From: Synechococcus elongatus PCC 6301
GTDB lineage: Bacteria; Cyanobacteriota; Cyanobacteriia; Synechococcales; Synechococcaceae
Assembly (NCBI RefSeq): GCF_000010065.1
Contig: NC_006576.1
Location: forward strand, 1,950,001-1,982,000
Reading direction: 5' to 3'
Length of the DNA stretch: 32,000 bases
Below the pieces are notes generated by a model. It was not told where the DNA came from and searched no databases. It was given only the letters and a program-made list of their open reading frames with translations. Each line of letters starts with the position of its first letter. The first letter of the stretch is position 1. A program made the translations under genes and the position numbers. This document shows positions 19,788-28,020 of the stretch, piece after piece.

Positions 19788-21983
19788 TCAACCCTTACTC
19801 GTACTAGCATCGGCGTAGAGAGCAGCGGCTGCCCGATGATTTTCGATGATGCGATCGCACAGCTCTGTCGGGCCGAGGACCTTAACTTCACCCCCCATGC
19901 CCATAATCCAGTTTTTGAGGGTGACCTCTTGAATCGACCAAGCAGGGAGCCAGACTTTCATTTGATAGGGATGGGTCGGATCGGCTGCTTTGGGCAGGCT
20001 GTAGATTTTCTTGAGGCCCGGCAGTGCGGTGAGGAGATGCCGATCGGGCGGCAGCGTCATTTTGACTTGTCCATCGGGAAAGCGCTGTGTGCCTTCACTG
20101 ACGAAGCGAAATAAGCGCTCGCTAAAGCGTAATTCGAGTACCTGCATCAGCTTGAGCCGGGCGGCCAAGGTCTTAATTTGCAGGAGGGCTTGTTGGGGTG
20201 CAACGGCCCCGCCGAGATACAACCCATAGCTTTGGCTGCGCAGCAGTTCAAGGGAATCGAGCGATCGCTTTTGCTCGGCGTGACTGCGGGGCTTGCCAAC
20301 AGGACCGCTCTGATACAGGCGATCGAGCCGTTCGTAGCAATACAGTCCTTTCTGGTCCCCTTCAGCCAGTTCATAGCCGAGATACCAGGCAATATTGTGG
20401 AAGACTATTTGCAAAGGCCAAATAATCTTTTCCGAGTCGGGTTGTTCTTGATATTGTCCAGCGCCTTTAAAGCGTCCCACACGAATTGCTTGGCCAGAGC
20501 GGATTGCTTGCTCTAGTTTCTGGCTCTCGTCCGCAGTGGCTAAGGATTGATTGCTTAGCAGGTCCGAGTTAACGATATTACCGCCAGCAATCGATCGCAC
20601 TGGGTAGAGATTCTTGAGGTCAAAGCGAGCCCACTCCAAGCCTTGACGAAGACGATTGACCGCACGAGTTTCGATGGGGTTATCTAAACTCAGAACTTGT
20701 TTATCGACCAACTGGTAGATTTGCAGAAGGTCATCACGGTTGAGAATTCCAGTTCCTAAGTAGTAGCCTCTGCGCATGGTAGCCTCCGGGAAGATTCGAT
20801 AGGGGTGTAAAACCCATTCAATGTCTTTGCGGAGCATGCCTTGCTCCGTAGAACTAACTAAAATACGAGCGCCAATTAATTGATCGGCCAAGATGTCTAT
20901 CCGTCTCCGCTGGGGATTGAGCAACTTGTCTTGAAGGTGATGTTCCTCTTGGGTCAGTGGGTTCTGGATGATATAGCGGATTGTTTTGAACAGTCGCTTA
21001 AAGGTATCCCAATCGCTGTAGTGATGAAAAAATAGGGGTTCGCCAGAGTCAATGAAAGAGGGCTGTGTTAATTCATGAAAGCTGACATCACTGCCCAGAA
21101 AACCCTCAGATTCTAACCAGTCTAGATCTGCTGCGATCGCTTCTGAATCGCAATAGATTTCACCATGCTGAGCCCCTAAAATGGCTGCAATTTCTGCAAT
21201 AGAATCTTGAAAGTTAGGTTGCTCTTGCGTCTTTAATAGTTGTTGCAATAATTCAGGCTGTTGCTCTTGCAGACTGCCGATGCCAGGATAGCAGCTTAAC
21301 AGTGCAATCAAGTGCAGTAGTCTGTCAAAATCACGCAAGCGAGAGTAACGATGTCGTTCGATTTTTCCGTAGCGATTTTCGTGGTTAACCGCACTGCGTC
21401 GACACTTCTTAAGTTGTTCTTGAATGGTGTTGGATAGATTGGGGTTTTTGACCGGATCAATGCTGGCAATCCCCACAAAGCCCTCGCCCTGCATTGGTTT
21501 GAGCTGTCGCTGATAGGCATGAAAGTTCTCGATCACAGCTTCAGGCACTTGCCGCGATCGCTGTTGATTCCAAGCTTTGCAGGTCTTTAAGTCAGTCTTC
21601 AGCTCCCAGCCAATCCAGCTCAAACCATGAACTTGTAATTTCTGCAAGAAGCCCATGCGCCAAGCGCGTTTGACGTTGGTCGCGTCGTAGATAATTGCTT
21701 TCTGAGCGAGCACCGCTTCCTGAATTTGGCGCTGAAGTTCTGCTTCTATTTCAGCCCAAGGTCCTTGAACGGCTGCATCTCCATACAGTCGTTCACGAAT
21801 GCCATCAGTAGAGATGATGACCGCTGCCCCTAGTTCCTGTTGCAATGCTCTGGCAAACGTGGTTTTGCCACTGGCGGGTGGGCCAATCAAGAGATGGTTC
21901 CAAGGTAAGTCGGGGGCACTCAGCACAATCAGCATGGGTAGGTTGGACGTCTTAACCCTGGCAGAGCCGGACTCACATGCCAA
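19788..21983 (-). CDS. fusion protein: P-loop kinase (AAA_33/polynucleotide-kinase-like), winged HTH, WYL domain, WCX-like C-terminal domain
   Basis: The track start at 21983 is TTG; the probable start is the ATG at 21935 (MLIVLSAPDL...). Walker A GPPASGKTT. HTH-like RLLHLIALL...SIAEIAAILG...AIAADLDWLESEGFLG. WYL core IWPLQIVFHNIAWYLGYELAEGDQKGLYCYERLDRL. C-terminus VWLPAWSIQEVTLKNWIMGMGGEVKVLGPTELCDRIIENH. Confidence 0.8.
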   Translation of the reverse strand: MACESGSARVKTSNLPMLIVLSAPDLPWNHLLIGPPASGKTTFARALQQELGAAVIISTDGIRERLYGDAAVQGPWAEIEAELQRQIQEAVLAQKAIIYDATNVKRAWRMGFLQKLQVHGLSWIGWELKTDLKTCKAWNQQRSRQVPEAVIENFHAYQRQLKPMQGEGFVGIASIDPVKNPNLSNTIQEQLKKCRRSAVNHENRYGKIERHRYSRLRDFDRLLHLIALLSCYPGIGSLQEQQPELLQQLLKTQEQPNFQDSIAEIAAILGAQHGEIYCDSEAIAADLDWLESEGFLGSDVSFHELTQPSFIDSGEPLFFHHYSDWDTFKRLFKTIRYIIQNPLTQEEHHLQDKLLNPQRRRIDILADQLIGARILVSSTEQGMLRKDIEWVLHPYRIFPEATMRRGYYLGTGILNRDDLLQIYQLVDKQVLSLDNPIETRAVNRLRQGLEWARFDLKNLYPVRSIAGGNIVNSDLLSNQSLATADESQKLEQAIRSGQAIRVGRFKGAGQYQEQPDSEKIIWPLQIVFHNIAWYLGYELAEGDQKGLYCYERLDRLYQSGPVGKPRSHAEQKRSLDSLELLRSQSYGLYLGGAVAPQQALLQIKTLAARLKLMQVLELRFSERLFRFVSEGTQRFPDGQVKMTLPPDRHLLTALPGLKKIYSLPKAADPTHPYQMKVWLPAWSIQEVTLKNWIMGMGGEVKVLGPTELCDRIIENHRAAAALYADASTSKG

Positions 21984-21991
21984 GGTTTGCC

Positions 21992-22027
21992 ATGCGAATG
22001 ATGAATCACAGAAATCGATATTCGCAT
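21992..22027. promoter_or_regulatory. candidate operator: 8-bp inverted repeat ATGCGAAT-N20-ATTCGCAT in the divergent promoter region
   Basis: Read directly. It is centred between the kinase-WYL ATG (21935) and the ATG of the Zn-ribbon ORF (22092). Extra GAAT/ATTC half-sites are nearby: GATGAAT at 22000-22006 and ATTCATC at 22073-22079. Confidence 0.3.
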
Positions 22028-22091
22028 CAACTCGATTCTAGAACGGCTGTCTACTGCCCATACTCAGGCCATATTCATCCCGGCTCAAAAA

Positions 22092-22421
22092 ATGACTGAC
22101 TCTTTGCCCGCCTTGCACTGCCCTTTCTGTGGCTTGCCTGTCCACACCGATCAATCGCACTGCCCCCACGTGCGCTTTATCTATTCCTTCGATCGCGCCC
22201 AATTCCATTTTCTGTCGCCTGATCTGGCTGCCGCGATCGCTCAGGCAGAACAACAGCAAGAAGGTTGTGCAGATGCCGAATGGCAATCACCGCCTGAACT
22301 GGCACAAAACCTGTTGTTGCAACGGCCGCAAGCAGCAGTTCTCGATCTGCAGTTGCGGCTACGGAGCTGGGCAGGTTGGTTGGTTGGGGTTGAACAATCT
22401 GCGATCGCCAGTGCGGAATAG
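22092..22421 (+). CDS. hypothetical small protein with an N-terminal zinc-ribbon-like CPFC-X9-HCPH motif
   Basis: 109-aa ORF with an ATG start, divergent from the kinase-WYL gene. The Cys/His cluster is LHCPFCGLPVHTDQSHCPH. I recognise no family. Confidence 0.5.
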   Translation: MTDSLPALHCPFCGLPVHTDQSHCPHVRFIYSFDRAQFHFLSPDLAAAIAQAEQQQEGCADAEWQSPPELAQNLLLQRPQAAVLDLQLRLRSWAGWLVGVEQSAIASAE

Positions 22422-22693
22422 CGGTTTGGATGCCTGAATTGTGGGGTTTGCCTGTGGTTGCGATCGCCCCTAGTTGCTCCGGCAATCAAGTCTGCCGTTT
22501 TGGGCTGCTATCAGTCAGCGGCAAAAATCTTACTGATTCCAACTCACATCCTTGTTGGCGATCGGGCCAAGGATCCCGCCAAAGCTTGGGGAACTTCTCT
22601 GCTGCACCCAGCAAACTTTCCAGACTTTAGGTTGCTGCATCCTCACTGGAACAGACCGCTACAACATAATTGAGAACTTTCGGAGAAATATCC

Positions 22694-23146
22694 GTGAGCC
22701 TTGCCAAACGCCTGCGCCAAACCTTGGCTAATGCTCAAACTTTTGAACAGCAACGGATTCATGCTGAGGCTCAGTTAGCAGCGGCGGCCGCTCAGCTAGC
22801 CGAGCTATCGGAAGTGGCGATCGGAACCCTAGAAACCGCCATGACTCCGCTGCCCGTGTCGCGTCTGACGGTGGCGGATTTGAAGCAGCGCTATGGCTCC
22901 TATCAAGGTTGCCGCCGCGCTGCCGCCCAGTTAGGAATTCGCTTTCCTAAAACCCCCTCTTGGGAACAGTTAGCGATCGCGCTTTCCCATGTCGGTGCGC
23001 TAAAAGCCTTTTGGCAGCAGTACTGTCTCGATCATCCTGAGTTGGCAGAGGTCAGTCTTTGTCTAGAACTCAAGAGCCTAGCCCCATTGGCATCTGCTCT
23101 CGGGGTGACGGCTCAAGGACTAGCGATTCCCGTAAACAAAGCGTAG
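22694..23146 (+). CDS. hypothetical protein
   Basis: The ORF is open from 22670 (TTG). A GTG at 22694 lies 7 nt after GGAGA. Ala/Gln-rich helical N-terminus. I recognise no family. Confidence 0.45.
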   Translation: MSLAKRLRQTLANAQTFEQQRIHAEAQLAAAAAQLAELSEVAIGTLETAMTPLPVSRLTVADLKQRYGSYQGCRRAAAQLGIRFPKTPSWEQLAIALSHVGALKAFWQQYCLDHPELAEVSLCLELKSLAPLASALGVTAQGLAIPVNKA

Positions 23147-23205
23147 TCTGGCGGTGCTGCCTCAGTCGGCAAACAGCAACCTAATTTTGTGGTCATTTTT
23201 CTTTT

Positions 23206-23337
23206 ATGGATCCCCAGGTCGAGAAGCAGCTCAGCGATCTTGTCGGAACCGTGAAGTTTCTGTTGCAAGATACGAGGCAACTGGCCAAAACCGTTCAAGC
23301 GCTGGAGGAAGACCTCGCGGAGACCCGCGATCGCTGA
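23206..23337 (+). CDS. possible 43-aa coiled-coil micro-protein
   Basis: ATG..TGA ORF reading MDPQVEKQLSDLVGTVKFLLQDTRQLAKTVQALEEDLAETRDR, with amphipathic heptad character. It is too short for the ORF track. No clear SD sequence. Confidence 0.3.
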   Translation: MDPQVEKQLSDLVGTVKFLLQDTRQLAKTVQALEEDLAETRDR

Positions 23338-23373
23338 GACTGGCTGCAAGCTTGGCGGGGCGATCGCGACTGA

Positions 23374-23446
23374 CGCCTCAGGTTGGGATCGAACCAACGA
23401 CCGACCGCTTAGAAGGCGGGTGCTCTATCCACTGAGCTACTGAGGC
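23374..23446 (-). tRNA. tRNA-Arg (anticodon UCU)
   Basis: The reverse complement reads GCCTCAG-TA-GCTC-AGTGGATA-GAGC-A-CCCGC-CTTCTAA-GCGGT-CGGTC-GTTGG-TTCGATC-CCAAC-CTGAGGC-G. It has a 7-bp acceptor stem, D and T arms, and anticodon loop CU-UCU-AA. There is one C-U mismatch at 27:43. Length 73 nt; CCA is not encoded. Confidence 0.93.
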
Positions 23447-23455
23447 AATCTGTCT

Positions 23456-23484
23456 ATTCTCGCCTGTTGTCTGCTTCTGCTCAA
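23456..23484 (-). promoter_or_regulatory. putative sigma70-type promoter of tRNA-Arg
   Basis: On the - strand: TTGAGC (23484-23479), 17-nt spacer, GAGAAT (23461-23456). The -10 element ends about 9 nt before the mature tRNA 5' end. Confidence 0.35.
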
Positions 23485-23969
23485 GTCCAGCGATCAAGCC
23501 GCTCTTCAGTAAAAACAGGAGGGGTGATAGCTTGTCCTGACCACTTATTACCATGGTTACAGCTTTATAACAGGTATAGGTTGGGCAAATTTAGCAACAG
23601 TAATATTCACCAGCTAACGGTTGCTTATCCTCACAAGGGCGTCTCCGTAAATGAAGGTCACTCAAGAGCCAATCACGCTCGACTTGCTTCGGGATTTTGA
23701 GCAATATTTTATTCGTCGACCTAAACAGAAAAATATCCCTTTGTAATATCTAACTGTGCAAGCCTTGCTTCAGTCATCAATGCCAACGGCGCGATGGCCA
23801 GAGTGGGTCTTGTCCTATGAAGACAGTCCAGATTTTCCCGCTTTTGAAGCTTATTATGATGAGTTGGTGCTGCCCTTCAAATTAGGGTTGATTTAACTCT
23901 CGTGAGGGCCCATCAATGCACGTTTGAGCATGTTGCTGGCCTGCAACTTGAGAACTGGCCCAATAACAA

Positions 23970-24003
23970 ATCTGCTTGAAGCTGAGACTCACCTCAAGCA
24001 GAT
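23970..24003 (-). terminator. hairpin downstream of chlD (possible intrinsic terminator)
   Basis: ATCTGCTTGA(A)G...CTCAAGCAGAT forms an 11-bp stem with one bulge. On the - strand it is followed by TTTGTTATT, about 30 nt after the chlD stop. Confidence 0.4.
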
Positions 24004-24031
24004 AGATGCCAAGGTTTTGCTGTGATCGCCT

Positions 24032-26089
<2,058 letters not shown>

Positions 26090-26107
26090 TCAGGATAAGA
26101 CGCCAGC

Positions 26108-26875
26108 TTACAGCTCTACTACCGGAATCTCGTCCCAACTGGCGATCGCAAGGGTGAGATCGGGGTTAGGCCAGCAGCGATCGCGTTCCTCACAGGTCTG
26201 GCAGCGCTGCAGGCGATCGGGTCGTTGGGGCAAGGACGTTTCTGGGTAAGCCTGCAGCCAGCCTTTGAATTCTTGCAAACTCTTCTCGAGCTGTTGCTGG
26301 GTTTGCTGGTGTTGTTGCTGATTCCAGTGAATCGTGACCGGTTGCTGGGGCTGACTGCGCACAAACCAGTAGTGCATCGATACGGCTTCCGGTGGTAGGC
26401 CACTGCGCTCCGTCACCAGCCAGCAGTAGAGCTGGGTTTGCCAAGTGGCGGTGAGCGTTTCCAGTGTCTGTGGACGGTTGTGGGTTTTCCAGTCGTGAAT
26501 TTGGGCGGCACGATCGCTCAATTCCAGTCGGTCAAAAATAGCGACCAGCACGAAGTCTTGAAACGGCCACTGCCAGCGGCATTCTGTCTGTCGGTGCCAG
26601 CTTGCTGGGGGTAGCGCAAACAGTTGCGGTTGAGCTGCAGCAAAATCGGCCAGGCACTGATCCAAACTACGATCGCCGGTCTGCAGCTGATCGATCGGAA
26701 TCCCTAAAGCCTGCTGCTGCATCAAACGGTGAAAGCGGCGACCCCACTCCAAGCGCTGACGGAGATCGTGCTGAAACCACCGCCCCGATAGTTCCAGCGC
26801 CTCCACTTGGAACAAACGCGGGCAATCCTGCAGGCGTTGCAGCGTACTTTGAGAAAGGGCTGGATAGTCGCTCAT
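26108..26875 (-). CDS. PD-(D/E)XK nuclease, Cas4/RecB-like, with a four-cysteine (Fe-S type) signature
   Basis: 255 aa. N-terminal Cys in LQDCPRLF. Nuclease motifs: E (TECRW), D (IFDRL), DWK (IHDWKT) and QxxxY (QTQLYCW). C-terminal C-x2-C-x5-C (RCQTCEERDRCW). Confidence 0.8.
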   Translation of the reverse strand: MSDYPALSQSTLQRLQDCPRLFQVEALELSGRWFQHDLRQRLEWGRRFHRLMQQQALGIPIDQLQTGDRSLDQCLADFAAAQPQLFALPPASWHRQTECRWQWPFQDFVLVAIFDRLELSDRAAQIHDWKTHNRPQTLETLTATWQTQLYCWLVTERSGLPPEAVSMHYWFVRSQPQQPVTIHWNQQQHQQTQQQLEKSLQEFKGWLQAYPETSLPQRPDRLQRCQTCEERDRCWPNPDLTLAIASWDEIPVVEL

Positions 26876-26901
26876 TGCTCACTCCCTCGCAAACCGCAAC
26901 T

Positions 26902-27432
26902 GTGGCCATTCTAGAAAGGACTGATTGGACCGCCATTGCAGTTGCCCTCGGCAGTAACTTGGGGAACCGTGTCAAGCACCTTCAGCAGGCGATCGCTCAG
27001 CTTGCAGCCTTATCTAGCATTCGCCGGCTACAAGTCTCGCCGGTCTACCAAACACCGCCAGTTGGCCCTCCGCAACCGGATTACTACAATGCTTGCGCGA
27101 TCGCAGAAACCTGTCTGGCACCACACGATCTGTTGCAACAACTGCAGGCGATCGAAGCGGCGGCAGGACGGGAACGGTTGCAACATTGGGGGCCGCGCAC
27201 ATTGGACCTCGATCTGCTGCTCTATGGCGATCGCCAGATTCAAACGCCCGACTTGACGGTGCCGCATCCTTACCTGACCCAGCGAGCTTTTGTCCTGATC
27301 CCCCTGGCTGCGATCGCTCCAGATTGGGTTGAACCCGTCACTGGAGAAGCGATCGCGACCTTGGCGCAACGGCTGGACTCAACTGGAATCGAGCGACTCG
27401 GTAGCATGGAAGCGTTGGCCGAGAGCCCCTAA
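26902..27432 (+). CDS. folK: 2-amino-4-hydroxy-6-hydroxymethyldihydropteridine pyrophosphokinase (HPPK)
   Basis: A GTG at 26902 is the first start clear of the convergent nuclease gene. Motifs: IAVALGSNLGN, GPRTLDLDLLLYG, PHPYLTQRAFVLIPL. The track ORF from 26602 is an artefactual extension. Confidence 0.88.
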   Translation: MAILERTDWTAIAVALGSNLGNRVKHLQQAIAQLAALSSIRRLQVSPVYQTPPVGPPQPDYYNACAIAETCLAPHDLLQQLQAIEAAAGRERLQHWGPRTLDLDLLLYGDRQIQTPDLTVPHPYLTQRAFVLIPLAAIAPDWVEPVTGEAIATLAQRLDSTGIERLGSMEALAESP

Positions 27433-27983
27433 TGGATCGCACCCCGCCGGAAATTCTGCGTCAGACCCTCTCCTATCGCAGCCGAAAATTCGACTTTGAA
27501 GTGAATCAACTGCGCCTGCCCAATCAAGTTGAGGGGGAATGGGCCTGTATTCGGCATCCAGGCGGGGCGCTAGCGGTACCAGTTTTGCCAGATGGTCGTT
27601 TGGTGCTGGTGCGTCAATATCGCTTTGCCGCAGAAGGTTGGCTCTTAGAATTTCCAGCCGGAACCGTCGAAGATCATGAAGATCCAGCCGCTACGATCGC
27701 TCGCGAAATTGAAGAAGAAACGGGTTATCGCGCTGGCACGTGGCAACACCTCGGAGACTTTTTCCTTGCACCAGGCTATTCCGATGAGGTGATTTACGCC
27801 TATCTTGCCACTGACTTAGAGAAGCTAGAACATCCGCCGGCGGGAGATGAAGATGAAGATATTGAAGTGTTGGCTTTGACCCCTGAAGAGTTGATCGCAG
27901 CCATTCGCGACGGGGAGCCAGTCGATGCAAAAACGGTGACGGCTTTTTGGCTTTATCAACAGCTAAACTCAGCCGAATTGTAA
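27432..27983 (+). CDS. Nudix hydrolase, ADP-ribose/ADP-sugar pyrophosphatase-like
   Basis: The ATG overlaps the folK stop as TAATG. Nudix box GTVEDHEDPAATIAREIEEETGY, with a Pro 15 residues downstream (FLAPGYSDE), as in ADP-ribose pyrophosphatases. Confidence 0.85.
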   Translation: MDRTPPEILRQTLSYRSRKFDFEVNQLRLPNQVEGEWACIRHPGGALAVPVLPDGRLVLVRQYRFAAEGWLLEFPAGTVEDHEDPAATIAREIEEETGYRAGTWQHLGDFFLAPGYSDEVIYAYLATDLEKLEHPPAGDEDEDIEVLALTPEELIAAIRDGEPVDAKTVTAFWLYQQLNSAEL

Positions 27984-28020
27984 TTATCGGCAACCTCAAG
28001 GGGTATGAAGTGAATTGGGA

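Noticed and set aside
23113-23397. 94-aa ORF on the - strand
   Set aside because: Its start lies inside the tRNA-Arg gene, and it is antisense to the more plausible 43-aa coiled-coil ORF.
23467-23700. 77-aa TTG-initiated ORF in the AT-rich spacer
   Set aside because: It has a non-ATG start, no SD sequence and a Ser/Arg/His-rich translation with no structure signal. Its 5' end also overlaps the putative tRNA promoter (-35 at 23479-23484).
19650-24031. att-type direct repeat of the tRNA-Arg 3' end that would delimit an integrated island
   Set aside because: Scanning by eye I found no copy of GGTTCGATCCCAACCTGAGGCG, or its complement, longer than a 9-mer (CGCCTCAGG near 31575, far away and next to a HIP1 site). 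No integrase gene is present. The island idea is therefore kept only as a low-confidence compositional observation.
26602-26901. N-terminal 100-codon extension of the folK ORF
   Set aside because: It is antisense to the Cas4-like nuclease gene. HPPK homology begins only at about 26920. GTG 26902 is the first start past the convergent gene.
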